From Opitutaceae bacterium (GTDB taxonomy: Bacteria > Verrucomicrobiota > Verrucomicrobiia > Opitutales > Opitutaceae), in the NCBI GenBank assembly GCA_005786775.1, contig SYDD01000055.1, positions 1-46,226 of the forward strand: a stretch of DNA of 46,226 bases. The letters run 5' to 3'. The position numbers were made by a program, and so were the translations under genes. The notes beneath the pieces are model-generated. The model did no database searches, had not been told where the DNA came from, and saw nothing but the letters and a program-made list of their open reading frames with translations. Shown in pieces: positions 11,601 through 20,221 of this stretch (within the stretch, counting starts at the first letter, position 1; each line of letters opens with the position of its first letter).

Positions 11601-11721
11601 CCGGTACGGCCTGCGCGAGGGCGCCCGCCGCCGTCACTAAGGTGAGGAGTAAGCTGGCGAGGCACGGAACCACTCGACGGAAGGGGGAACGCAGGGCGGG
11701 GTGCGGACGATGAGAAGGCAT
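8608..11721 (-). CDS. TonB-dependent outer-membrane receptor with N-terminal carboxypeptidase-regulatory-like domain
   Basis: 1037 aa. Signal peptide, GSIEGRVVNARTGEFLEGARV N-domain, plug NVAEFLKFLPGV, barrel motifs FPSFNASY and ARASYYHSVGRPNF, C-terminal GLKGTF. Confidence 0.9.
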   Translation of the reverse strand: MPSHRPHPALRSPFRRVVPCLASLLLTLVTAAGALAQAVPGSIEGRVVNARTGEFLEGARVRLGTAGVEAFSDSGGFYRLAPVTAGAAQVSVFYTGLPTVTLQVQVSAGESARLDVSLGGSAVQLDAFRVATSREIDASALAINEQRFASKIKNVLSTEEFGNVAEGNVAEFLKFLPGVTIDYTGGNAREISINGVPADNVPVTLDGFSIASAPGATTGRSVQSDMISINNLSRIEISYSPTPESQGSALAGSVNMVPRSAFERARPVLNASVYVILRDNARDFHKVPGPKPSPTRNVHPGFDFSYVAPVNSRFGYTLSAGTSTNYSPQDNSTMTWRGVQSATNGTTFPHTTAGNPYLSQYLIQDAPKVTTRRSVGISLDYKFTPRDRVTLGFQYSSFDGQYVVSNVTFNVGAVAPGAFSVDAVRGTPGAGVLTSAHQERNRFNRTRMPTIVWRHDGPFWRGDLGFGYSLQDDGNPDLRQGYFRNVTLQRSNVTIDFSRIFYLRPGEIAVRDGATGQPVDPYALGAYALVSTTTQDDVNIDRQRSAYGSLRRAFGTRLPFTLKAGFDLRQSMRDLRGGTGTFNYVGRDGRGSTGPGGDDSPLPFFDPIYSQRILPYGFPRLETPSNRKVYENWVANPGQYTQVANTVYRNQVAASRRSEELISSLYLRGDLGLLQNRLKLVGGVRVEQTNVTGEGPLSDPTLNYQRDLRGQILRGANGAPLLIVPTTNALGVSQLTYLDRAARTEKEYLRYFPSFNASYNLQEHLIARASYYHSVGRPNFIQYSGGFTLPDTSNPPSAGNRLTLNNAGIKAWSARTVNIRLERYFEGVGQISLGAFRRTIDDFFGATVFAPTPDFLALYGLDPSEYGPYDVATQYNVPGVVRTEGLDFSYKQALTFLPPWARGVQVFVNGSAQRVLGDETLSFPGFVPRSGSWGVSLTRPRYNVRVNWNYRGLARNNRMTGASIEPGTFNWTSKRLYVDVVGEVLLRGRISLFYNFRNVGDATEDVKIYGPSTPSMARFRQRIDYASLWTVGLKGTF

Positions 11722-11898
11722 GATTCGGGGGTGGTTTGCAGCTTGCTGGCGGAAGCAACGTCGGAAGGCCCAGCCGGCTCAAGCCGATTACCCGCGGCGT
11801 GACCGCGTTGACAAGGTGGGCGAAGGGGGGCTTTTCTCGGCCTCTCGGCGGGGCCGCAAGGCGCGTTCCGCGCTCTCCCTTCCGCCGGGGCCCCGCCT

Positions 11899-13314
11899 AT
11901 GGGAAAACTCCCGACGTGTCTTCTCCTTGCCCTCCTCCTGCCTGGCGTCCTCGGTGCTGCCGAGAATCGTCATCGGGTCGATTCACCTGCCGCCCTTCGC
12001 GGGGCGCTCCGCCGGGCGGGCCCCGGCGACCACATCCAGCTTCGCGATGGCGTTTACCAGCTCAATGCCGTGCTTTCCGTGCGCTCTGGCGGCACCGCGG
12101 AGCGCCCCCTGGTGATCGAGGCGGAGAACATCGGTGGTGCGGAGCTGACCGGGACCCACGGTATCGTCATCGGTGAATCGGCCGAGCATGTGGTGATTCG
12201 AGGCTTAAGCCTCACGCACGCCGCCGGCCGCTTCAGCGTCGCGGCGGGCGCCCGACACATCCGGATCACGCGGAACCAGTTCCGCTGCCAGGGCGATGGG
12301 GTGATGCTCTCCATCTCCGGTGACGACGTCGAAGTGGACCACAACGAGTTTGCGGACAAGACCACCGCCGGGGCGATGCTCGCGGTGGCCGGCGTCGGAC
12401 CGCAGATCGCGCGTCGGACTTGGATCCACCACAACCTCTTTCGCGATTTCGGCGGCCCGCTGGGCCGACCCTCCGAGATGCTGCGGGTCGGGCTGAGCGC
12501 AACTGGTCTCTCGGTCGGCCGCGCGCTGGTCGAGCACAACCTATTCCTCCGGGCCCGCGGCGAGACCCGACTTGTTTCCAACCGCTCCTCGGGCAACGTC
12601 TATCGGCACAACTCCTTTGGCGAGAGCCCCTCCGCCCAGGTCGACCTTCGCCACGGCAACGACGTGGAGTTCTACGGCAACTTCCTCCGGGGCACAGAGG
12701 GGCTCCGAATCCTCGGTGACCGCCACCGCGTCCACGGTAATTACTTCGAGTCCAATCACGCCGGGATCTCCCTCGGCAACGGCACCGTTGAGACCGCCGG
12801 CCCGGGCTCGCCCGCCGCCGCGCTAGACCGGCCCGACGACTGCGCGATCGTCTTCAACACCTTTGTCGACAATCGCATGCACCTGCAGCTCGCCCGCGCC
12901 GCCGGCGAGCGCCTCGGCGCCCGCAACATCACGGTCGCGCACAACGCGTTTCAGGGCGGTAACATCGTCGCCCGGATCGATGGCCCCTACGACGGCGGAG
13001 TGTGGAAGGGTAACTTTCTGGCGCCCCGCGTGAACGCCGGGCAGATGCCGCCCGAGGGATATACCCGCGGCAATCTCCGGTTACAGCCGGCTGACGACGG
13101 GCTGCAGCGCCCCAGTTCCAACAGTCCGCTCCTCGACGCCGGCGCCCGCGGATTCCCCTTCGCGGAGGTCGATCTCGACGGTCAGCCCCGCGGCGACCGC
13201 CCGGACGCGGGCGCGGACGAGGTTAGCTCAGCCCCCGTCTCCGCCCGCCCCCTGCGGCCTGAGGATGTCGGGCCCGCGGCGCGCACCGCGGCCGCTCCCG
13301 GGAGCGCCCCTTGA
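11899..13314 (+). CDS. Secreted polysaccharide lyase family 6 (chondroitinase B/alginate lyase) fold beta-helix protein with atypical active site
   Basis: Signal peptide. AGPGDHIQLRDGVY, GTAERPLVIEAE, VDHNEF, IHHNLF, VEHNLF, LRHG and HGNYF are beta-helix motifs typical of PL6. Confidence 0.82.
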   Translation: MGKLPTCLLLALLLPGVLGAAENRHRVDSPAALRGALRRAGPGDHIQLRDGVYQLNAVLSVRSGGTAERPLVIEAENIGGAELTGTHGIVIGESAEHVVIRGLSLTHAAGRFSVAAGARHIRITRNQFRCQGDGVMLSISGDDVEVDHNEFADKTTAGAMLAVAGVGPQIARRTWIHHNLFRDFGGPLGRPSEMLRVGLSATGLSVGRALVEHNLFLRARGETRLVSNRSSGNVYRHNSFGESPSAQVDLRHGNDVEFYGNFLRGTEGLRILGDRHRVHGNYFESNHAGISLGNGTVETAGPGSPAAALDRPDDCAIVFNTFVDNRMHLQLARAAGERLGARNITVAHNAFQGGNIVARIDGPYDGGVWKGNFLAPRVNAGQMPPEGYTRGNLRLQPADDGLQRPSSNSPLLDAGARGFPFAEVDLDGQPRGDRPDAGADEVSSAPVSARPLRPEDVGPAARTAAAPGSAP

Positions 13315-13339
13315 CACGCCCTTTCGCGGACCGCACGTT
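13311..13339 (+). promoter_or_regulatory. Putative sigma70-type promoter of the TPR gene
   Basis: Perfect TTGACA (13311-13316), 17 nt spacer, CACGTT (13334-13339). ATG follows at 13352. Confidence 0.4.
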
Positions 13340-13351
13340 CCTCCGCCCGCG

Positions 13352-14416
13352 ATGAAGCTCCTTTGCCCCGCGCCCTCGCCCCGCCGGTTCCGCTTCCTGC
13401 TCGCGCTGGCGATTATCGGCCTCGCGGGTCACGCCGCCGATCCCGCGCCGATCCGTCCTGCTGGCCAGGAGGAGATTTCCGCGGCGGACCTCCTTAAATC
13501 GCTCTTGCTCGCGCGGGAGCAGCTGCACGCCGCCCAGCTCGCGGCGGTCAATGCGCGGTTCGAGGCGGAGACGAAATACCGGCAGGAATCCGAGGCGCTC
13601 AACGCGAAGCTGGAGGGCCTACGTTCCGGGATGGAGGCGGAGCGCGCGGCCCAGCGAGCGGAGCTCCAGCGCATCCAGGCCGATCGGGAGCGCGAACGGC
13701 TGGAGATGGAGCGCAATTACCGAACCCTCGTTTGGTTGGTCGGTGGCATCGCGGCCGCCGGGCTGCTGGTCGTGCTCGTCTCCCCTTGGCTGCAGCTGCG
13801 GGCTATCAATCGCCTCCATGATTCAGCCCTAGCCCGCGCCCAGTTGCTCGCCCCGAAGCCCACCGGACTGCTCGCCCCGGGAATGGAGTCGAGCCCGGCC
13901 GAGCAGGTCGTCAATTCCTCCAACCAGCGGCTACTCTCGACGGTCGACCGGATTGAGCGCCGCATCAACGCGCTGGAGCAGGCCGCCGCCCCGACGGTTG
14001 CCTCGGGTCCGGGGTCAAGCACCACGAACCCGGTCACCGATCCAGCCGCCGCTGGGCGCGCTTCGGACCAGTCCACGTGGGTCGGGGTGCTGTTGGCGAA
14101 AGCCCAGGGGTTGCTCAAGGCGAACAAGGCGCAGGAGGCCCTCAATTGTCTGGAGGAGATTCTCAAGGTGGAGCCCAACCACGCGGAGGCCTGGGTCAAG
14201 AAGGGGTCTGCCCTTGAGCGATTGCGGCAAGACGAGGGGGCGGTGCAGTGTTACGATCGTGCGATTGAGCTCAATCCCACGCTTACACTCGCCTACCTAC
14301 TCAAGGGTGGAGCGTGCAATCGACTGAAGCGCTTCGACGAGGCGGTGACTTGCTACGAGGAGGCGTTGCAGGTTGAGGAAGCCGGCCGCCGCAATTCCTC
14401 GTCGGTCCGGACCTAA
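13352..14416 (+). CDS. Membrane protein: signal peptide, coiled coil, single TM, C-terminal TPR repeats
   Basis: Hydrophobic N-terminus, E/R/Q/L-rich helix and TM LVWLVGGIAAAGLLVVLV. About three TPRs follow (AEAWVKKGSALERL...AVQCYDRAIELNP...LAYLLKGG). Confidence 0.8.
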   Translation: MKLLCPAPSPRRFRFLLALAIIGLAGHAADPAPIRPAGQEEISAADLLKSLLLAREQLHAAQLAAVNARFEAETKYRQESEALNAKLEGLRSGMEAERAAQRAELQRIQADRERERLEMERNYRTLVWLVGGIAAAGLLVVLVSPWLQLRAINRLHDSALARAQLLAPKPTGLLAPGMESSPAEQVVNSSNQRLLSTVDRIERRINALEQAAAPTVASGPGSSTTNPVTDPAAAGRASDQSTWVGVLLAKAQGLLKANKAQEALNCLEEILKVEPNHAEAWVKKGSALERLRQDEGAVQCYDRAIELNPTLTLAYLLKGGACNRLKRFDEAVTCYEEALQVEEAGRRNSSSVRT

Positions 14417-14451
14417 GCCCCGCGACACTTCGCGCGCCGCGGGCCTGTGGA

Positions 14452-15894
14452 TCAGTTCGTGCCGAAGCCGCCTCGCTCGCGCTCCATTCGGAGTTGCTGG
14501 CGGGCGACATCGATCCGGGCGCCGATGAGTTGGCGGTTCTCCTCACCCTTATCCGCCAGCTCGCGCTCCAATTCTTCGATCCGCCGTTCGTAGGCGCAGA
14601 TCCGGTCCTGCAGGGGGGCCTGCAGTTGCCCGAGCCGCTGCTCAATTTCCCGCATCTCCTGCTCCGCCCTCTCTTGCGCAGTGAGCAACCGTTCCCGCTG
14701 GCGAAACAAGTTCTGGAAAATCCGCTCCCGCATCCAGCCCATCACGCCTGAGCGGATGGCCTGCTGCGCCCGCTCGGCTTTGCCCTCCGCGATCAGCGCC
14801 CGGTCTCGCCAGACAGCATCGTCGCCCCTCGCAAGGCCGGCCCTGGCTGTGGTCATCAAGGCGGCCGAGGGCCGCGCGCGCAGACGCCAGAGGATGGCCG
14901 CGAGGATCAAGCCGACGACTGCCAAGCCCCCAGCGATCCAGAAGGTCTGCTGCGAGATCCGGCCGGCCACCGACTGCTCGGCCGCCAGCTTAGTCTGCAG
15001 GGTGCTGATCACGCTCTTCTCCCGCATGGCGGCGAGCGCCGCCAGCGCGGCGCGGTCGATCCGCTGGCCTTGGCGCACCACTACTTGGCCCGCCGCAAAG
15101 GAATCATTTGCGGTGACGCCCTCGATCCGGCGGGCGCGCAGCGACGCGGTGGCCTCCTTGTCGGGCACCGCGTTGGGTCGCACGTAGGACGCGATGAAGC
15201 GCCCCACCTCGATCTGGTCCGCTGGGAAGTAACCCTCGATCAACCGTCGCGCCCGGCTCACACCAAACAAATTGGAAGCGGGCACGGAGGGGCCTGCTTT
15301 GTCCAAGTCGGCGGCGGACGGGGCTTGGTCGAGGCTCGGGACCGTCACTAGCTGCACCGCTTGACCGGTCGGCAAGCCATCGTCCCCCCGTGACGCCAAA
15401 ACGGGCCGCGCCATCACGTCGCGCAGCGGTCGCAGCCACTCCGTCAGCAGGGTGGTATCTGGTTCCGCGCTAATCCAGCGGGGGGCCAGCGCCTCTAGCG
15501 GCAGCCCGCGGCCCTCTCCACGGGCCAATTGGCTGAGAACCCGGGCGTAGGGCATGGTGCCTAGGTCGGCGGCGCGTGGCGTGCTGCCTCCAAGCGCGGC
15601 GGTCAGGAGTGCCCGGAAGCGGGTGCGGGCGGACTCCACCCGGGTGCGGATTTCTAGTTCTACCTCCGCGCCGACCTGCGGGGTGTGGCGGAGCACGAAC
15701 AGGACCTCCCGGGCAACGCGTTCACGCAAGGCGGCCGTGGCCTCAGGGTTGATCACCTGGAACGCGACCGGCGCGACGATATCCTCCCGCGCCACATCGC
15801 CCAGTTGGTAATCGGCGCCGCGGGAGGCTAGGGGCGCGAGGCTTAGGCCAGCGAGGAAGAGCAGGCGGCGGAGCACGGCGCGCGGAAGGACCAT
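14452..15894 (-). CDS. Membrane protein with 7TMR-HD-extracellular-like domain, one TM and cytoplasmic coiled coil
   Basis: Signal peptide. YQLGDVAREDIVAP and AGQVVVRQGQRID resemble the ends of the 7TMR-HDED domain. TM FWIAGGLAVVGLILAAILW, then a long heptad-rich C-terminus. Confidence 0.7.
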   Translation of the reverse strand: MVLPRAVLRRLLFLAGLSLAPLASRGADYQLGDVAREDIVAPVAFQVINPEATAALRERVAREVLFVLRHTPQVGAEVELEIRTRVESARTRFRALLTAALGGSTPRAADLGTMPYARVLSQLARGEGRGLPLEALAPRWISAEPDTTLLTEWLRPLRDVMARPVLASRGDDGLPTGQAVQLVTVPSLDQAPSAADLDKAGPSVPASNLFGVSRARRLIEGYFPADQIEVGRFIASYVRPNAVPDKEATASLRARRIEGVTANDSFAAGQVVVRQGQRIDRAALAALAAMREKSVISTLQTKLAAEQSVAGRISQQTFWIAGGLAVVGLILAAILWRLRARPSAALMTTARAGLARGDDAVWRDRALIAEGKAERAQQAIRSGVMGWMRERIFQNLFRQRERLLTAQERAEQEMREIEQRLGQLQAPLQDRICAYERRIEELERELADKGEENRQLIGARIDVARQQLRMERERGGFGTN

Positions 15895-16017
15895 GGGGAG
15901 AAGTGGGGGCGTGGGCGCCAACCGTTACGACGGGGCCGGGGAGAGGGACGGAAGGTTGTTCCGGAGGGTGGTGAATGGAAAGCTTCGGCCGCGCGCCGCA
16001 ATCCTTTTTCCGCCGGC

Positions 16018-16497
16018 TCAGCCCCGGTTGAGCCACCAGAGCGTGGCGTTCAACACGGTGGCGAAGCTGACCCAGAGCAGGTAGGGCGCCCAGAGCGCCG
16101 CGGCGAGGCGATCCTCCCGCCACAGGAGCCGCTGGAAGGCGGCGAGCACGCCCCAGAGCACGAGGATCTCCACCAGCGCGAGCGCGGGGCTCCGCAGGCC
16201 GAAGAACAGCACGGACCACAGGGCGTTCAGGAACAGATGGCCGCCGTAGGCCAGCGCGACCCGGAGCGCCGCCGCACCTTCCCGCCGCCGCCAGACGCGC
16301 CACACCGCGATCGACATCAGGACGTAGAGGGTGGTCCAGACCGGGCCGAAGATCCAGGCGGGCGGATTCCACGCGGGTTTGATCAGCGTGGGGTACCACG
16401 AGCGCACGTTCTCGAACGTGGCCCAGGAACCGATCCCGCCGGCGAGGAAGGTCGCGAGGAGGAAGAGCGGGAGTGCCAGCGCCGAGCGGAGGTTCAT
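16018..16497 (-). CDS. tspO: TspO/MBR tryptophan-rich sensory protein
   Basis: Motifs WYPTLIKPAWNPPAWIFGPVWTTLY, LNALWSVLFFG and PYLLWVSFATVLN. Confidence 0.93.
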   Translation of the reverse strand: MNLRSALALPLFLLATFLAGGIGSWATFENVRSWYPTLIKPAWNPPAWIFGPVWTTLYVLMSIAVWRVWRRREGAAALRVALAYGGHLFLNALWSVLFFGLRSPALALVEILVLWGVLAAFQRLLWREDRLAAALWAPYLLWVSFATVLNATLWWLNRG

Positions 16498-16635
16498 CCG
16501 GCGAGTTTTGGGGGGCCGGAGCACGAGGTCAAAGCCGGCGCGGCAGCCTCTTCCGGCTTATCGGCAGGATAGGAGCAGGATTGTCGGCACACTGTCGGCA
16601 CACTGGAGGCAGACCGGGGTGAGGAACGGGGGCGG

Positions 16636-16661
16636 AAAAAAGGCGCCCCGGGGGGCGCCTT
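16636..16661 (-). terminator. Rho-independent terminator downstream of the TBDR-Dabb pair
   Basis: Minus strand reads AAGGCGCCC-CCCG-GGGCGCC-TTTTTT, about 30 nt after the Dabb stop. Confidence 0.8.
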
Positions 16662-16691
16662 GGCGGACCAGTCACCCGGAACGGGCGCGGC

Positions 16692-17102
16692 TCAGTTGGT
16701 GATGTCGAACGTCGTGCTGCGCTCGCGGATGGGCAGGTAGGCCTTGTACCACTCCTTCTGAGCCTCGCTGTTCGCGTAGTCCTTAAGGGCCTGCTCGCTG
16801 GCGAATTCCATCACGATGGCGTGGGTGCGTTCGCCCTGCGCCTTGATGGTCTTGGTCCAGACGCGCGTAATGCCCTTGTAGGCGGCGGGCAGCTGGTGCG
16901 CGCCGTCCAAGGCAGCCTTGATCTGTTCCGGAGTGGTGCCGGCTTTCCACGAGACCGTGACCACGTGGATCACGGTCGTGGGCGCGGTGGCCTTGGCCGC
17001 GGGGGCAGCACCCTTCTTGGCGGCCTTCTTTTCGGGATCGGCGGCGAAGGCGGCCCCTTGGAGGAGCACGCCCGCGGCTAGGAGGAGGAGCAGTTTTTTC
17101 AT
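16692..17102 (-). CDS. Exported Dabb (stress-responsive A/B barrel) family protein
   Basis: Signal peptide MKKLLLLLAAGVLLQGAAFA, a K/A-rich linker, then VIHVVTVSWK...THAIVMEFASEQALKDY. Confidence 0.75.
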   Translation of the reverse strand: MKKLLLLLAAGVLLQGAAFAADPEKKAAKKGAAPAAKATAPTTVIHVVTVSWKAGTTPEQIKAALDGAHQLPAAYKGITRVWTKTIKAQGERTHAIVMEFASEQALKDYANSEAQKEWYKAYLPIRERSTTFDITN

Positions 17103-17119
17103 GGGAGGGGGAGGCAGGT

Positions 17120-20100
17120 TCAGAAACGACCCTCGATGCCAGCCGTGATGGTAGTGCCCTGCACCAAGAACGTCTCCAACTGGTCCGGGATGCCGCGATA
17201 GTAGATCTGCGGCTCATTGAACAGGTTGGCGACGCCGAAGGTCGCAGTGAGGTTGGAGCGGAGCTGGTAGCGCAGGTTCAGGTTCACGAGCTCGCGCGCC
17301 TTCAGGTATTGGTTGCGGGAGGGGGCTGTGACGTTGAATGAGTTGCGGATGCTCTCGCTCGTGTAGTTGTAGCTGACGGAGAGGCCGAACTTCCGGTAAT
17401 CCCACGAGACGGAGACATTGCCCGTGCGCGGGATGAAGCCGTTGATCTGGCCGTTCGACAGGTACGTGGTGCCGCCGAAGTCGCCGTGGGCGTTGATCAG
17501 CGTCATATTCGCGTTCAAGCGGAGGGTGCGGAGCAGGCCGGGCAGGAAGCGGAACTGCTGCTGGTAGGCGAACTCCCAGCCCTGGGCGATGGCGGTGCCG
17601 GCGTTGACCGACTGGAGGATCTTATAGCCCTCGAACTGGCCCTCGAAGCCGTTGTCATTGCCGTTGCCGACGATGCCGGTCTCCCGCGCGCCAATGATGA
17701 AGTCGCTGATGGTCTTGTGAAACCACCCCACGGAGAAGCTGCCGGCGGGCTCGAAGTAGTACTCGAGGCTGAAGTCCCAGTTCTTTGCTTGTTGCGGCAG
17801 CAGGGCAGGGTTGCCGATGGACACTGTCTGGTTGGTGTCGTTGAACGAGAAGTTGGGCAGGGCGTTGGCGAGCGAGGGCCGGCCGAAGCCGGTCGTCCAA
17901 GCGCCGCGGAGCTTCAGGTTGGCGGTGAGGTCGCGCCACAGGTGAATGCTGGGAAAGTTCTGGCCGTATTTCCCCTCGTTGAGGTAGGCGTCCTCGTAGT
18001 CGCGCTGCGCGGAGCCGATCGGGTCGGCCGCCTGCTGCGCGGCGTTGCTGAGGACGCGGGCGCGGATGCGGGAGAGACCTTCGGTCTCGGTCACCTCGCG
18101 GCGCACGCCGGCGAGGAAGCCGGTGCGACCGATGCGACCCTGAGTCATTAGGTAGTAGCCGGTGATGACCTCATTGACCTTGTTCGAGTTGGCGAGGCGG
18201 TTCTGCTCGCGGAAGTAGATGTCCTCGCGCCACAGGGCCGGGTTGGTGGGCTGGCCGTTCTGGATGAAGGGCGCGGCGTCCCAGACCGGGATGTTGCGGC
18301 CGGTCTTGACCTTGTCCCAGAGCAGGATCGAGGGGTCGGTGGGCAGCGCGTTGGTGCCGAGGTAGTTCCAGCGGCGGCCGCGGCGCTCGAGCTCGACCGT
18401 ATGGTCACGAACCTGGCCGCCGGTCTTGAGGAAGGCTGAGAAGGCCTCGAAGGGCAGCTTGTACTTGAAGTGGGCGCGGGCCTCCTTGATCAGGTCGATG
18501 TCGAGGTTGCCGGAGTTCGAGGACAGGCCGTTGACCGCGGGCCGGTAATTGGCGGGGTTGGTGAAATCGAGGCCGCCGTTCTGGATGAAGCGGGGGTACA
18601 GGTCGCTCTGGGTGCGATCGAGGATCCAGCCCACGCCAGTCTCGCCGTTCGGGCCCCGCACGTTGTTGGTGGCGTTGCCCGGGGTGCCGTCGGGTCCGGT
18701 GAAGGGCACGTTGCCGATGCGGTTCACCAGCCCGGCCTCGGCACCGAGGGTGCGGTAGCGGGTGCGGCTCCAGAGGCCGGCCCACTCAATGTCGAGGCGG
18801 CCGAGGATGTGCTCACCCGCGAGGTCCATATGCCGCAGGCGCTGGTCGCGGTTGATCAGCGTGGAGGTCACGTCGATCAGGGCGGGTGCCGTCGTACCGG
18901 AGGTGGCGGTGGCGGCGGTCGGCACGGCGCGCACGGTGGTGATGCGGTCCGTCCAGCCGGGGACGACGCCCGTGGTGGTCGCGTTCGGCACCGCGGTCTG
19001 GCTGCCGGCGTAGGCGCGCGTCTGGTACTGGCGACGCATCGGCTCCGGCGCGTCGTTGTAGATCAGGTTCAGCTTGATCAGGTTGTTCTGGTCGAAGCGA
19101 TAGTCCCACTTCGTGTTCAAGCTGCGCTGCTTGCGGTTGTTGTAATTGTCGGTCGTGCGGTAATCCCAGACGAAGGCCGGCTGCACGTTGGTCTGCTGGT
19201 AGTCACGCTGGGTCCGGAAGAAGCCGAAGGCATTCTCGGAGTAGAAGGCGTTGACCGACACGGCCAGGTTCTCGGTCTTGCTGCCGAAGACGGCGAACTT
19301 CTCGATGTAAGAGGCGTTCATTAGCGCGTGGGTTCGGCGCTGCTCGCGGAGCGGCACTTGCTCGGTAAACCAGGGCGCCATCCGGGCGGTGAAGTTCAGC
19401 GTCACGCGCCGCTTTTCGCGCATCGAAAGGGGGGAGCGGGTCTTGAAGTTCACGCCGCCGCCGAGGGAGTCGACCGGCTTGTCAGGCGTCTGGCCCTTGA
19501 CCACTTCAAGGGACTCGAACATCGCGCCGGTGAAGGCGGTCATGCGGGTATTGCGGTTCTGGGCACTGAAGGAGGACATGCCGCCGCCGTCGATGGTGAT
19601 GGAGCTCATCCCGGCGCCCATCCCGCGCACGCTGATGACCTCGACTACCTCGTCGCCCGGGTTACCGAAAGCCACGCCGGGAAGGCGGATTGCCAACTCG
19701 GTGGCGTTCATGTTGGGCAGGTCGACGAGCGCGTCCATCGACGCCACGTTTTTAAGGTTGTCCGCGTTGCGCTGCTGGGTGAGCGCGGAGGACAGGCCGG
19801 CCTTTTCGGAGGTGACCTTGAAGGTGTCGAGCATCAGCACCGTGCTGGTCAGTTCGAAGTCCCGCACCGCGGTCTGGCCCGCGCCGACGGTCAGGGAGAC
19901 CCGCTGCGAGTCGAGGCCGATGTAGGACACGACCAACTCGTGGGTGCCAGCGGGAACGCCGCTGATCAGGTAGCGGCCGGTCTGGTCGACGAGGGCGGAG
20001 AGGTTGAGGGCGGGGATCTCGGCACGGGCGCCGATCAGACCGTTGCCGGTGGCCTTGTTGGTGACGATGCCGCTCACGACGCCTGCGCCGGCCGCGCGCT

Positions 20101-20221
20101 CGGCGGCCAGAGCGGGGGCGGGGAGGGTGAGGGCGGTGCCGGCGGCGAGCGCGGCCAGTAGGCAGGCCAGACGGTAGGTACGGGCCATGGGGGCCCGGAG
20201 GGACAAGTTACGTGGGTTCAT
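17120..20221 (-). CDS. TonB-dependent outer-membrane receptor with N-terminal carboxypeptidase-regulatory-like domain
   Basis: 1033 aa. Signal peptide, VSGIVTNKATGNGLIGA N-domain, plug LPNMNATELAIRLPGV, barrel motifs FPSIHL and NWDFSLEYYF, C-terminal GIEGRF. Confidence 0.9.
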   Translation of the reverse strand: MNPRNLSLRAPMARTYRLACLLAALAAGTALTLPAPALAAERAAGAGVVSGIVTNKATGNGLIGARAEIPALNLSALVDQTGRYLISGVPAGTHELVVSYIGLDSQRVSLTVGAGQTAVRDFELTSTVLMLDTFKVTSEKAGLSSALTQQRNADNLKNVASMDALVDLPNMNATELAIRLPGVAFGNPGDEVVEVISVRGMGAGMSSITIDGGGMSSFSAQNRNTRMTAFTGAMFESLEVVKGQTPDKPVDSLGGGVNFKTRSPLSMREKRRVTLNFTARMAPWFTEQVPLREQRRTHALMNASYIEKFAVFGSKTENLAVSVNAFYSENAFGFFRTQRDYQQTNVQPAFVWDYRTTDNYNNRKQRSLNTKWDYRFDQNNLIKLNLIYNDAPEPMRRQYQTRAYAGSQTAVPNATTTGVVPGWTDRITTVRAVPTAATATSGTTAPALIDVTSTLINRDQRLRHMDLAGEHILGRLDIEWAGLWSRTRYRTLGAEAGLVNRIGNVPFTGPDGTPGNATNNVRGPNGETGVGWILDRTQSDLYPRFIQNGGLDFTNPANYRPAVNGLSSNSGNLDIDLIKEARAHFKYKLPFEAFSAFLKTGGQVRDHTVELERRGRRWNYLGTNALPTDPSILLWDKVKTGRNIPVWDAAPFIQNGQPTNPALWREDIYFREQNRLANSNKVNEVITGYYLMTQGRIGRTGFLAGVRREVTETEGLSRIRARVLSNAAQQAADPIGSAQRDYEDAYLNEGKYGQNFPSIHLWRDLTANLKLRGAWTTGFGRPSLANALPNFSFNDTNQTVSIGNPALLPQQAKNWDFSLEYYFEPAGSFSVGWFHKTISDFIIGARETGIVGNGNDNGFEGQFEGYKILQSVNAGTAIAQGWEFAYQQQFRFLPGLLRTLRLNANMTLINAHGDFGGTTYLSNGQINGFIPRTGNVSVSWDYRKFGLSVSYNYTSESIRNSFNVTAPSRNQYLKARELVNLNLRYQLRSNLTATFGVANLFNEPQIYYRGIPDQLETFLVQGTTITAGIEGRF

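Noticed and set aside
18470-20161. Two long plus-strand ORFs (284 and 277 aa)
   Set aside because: They are antisense shadows of the second TonB-dependent receptor.
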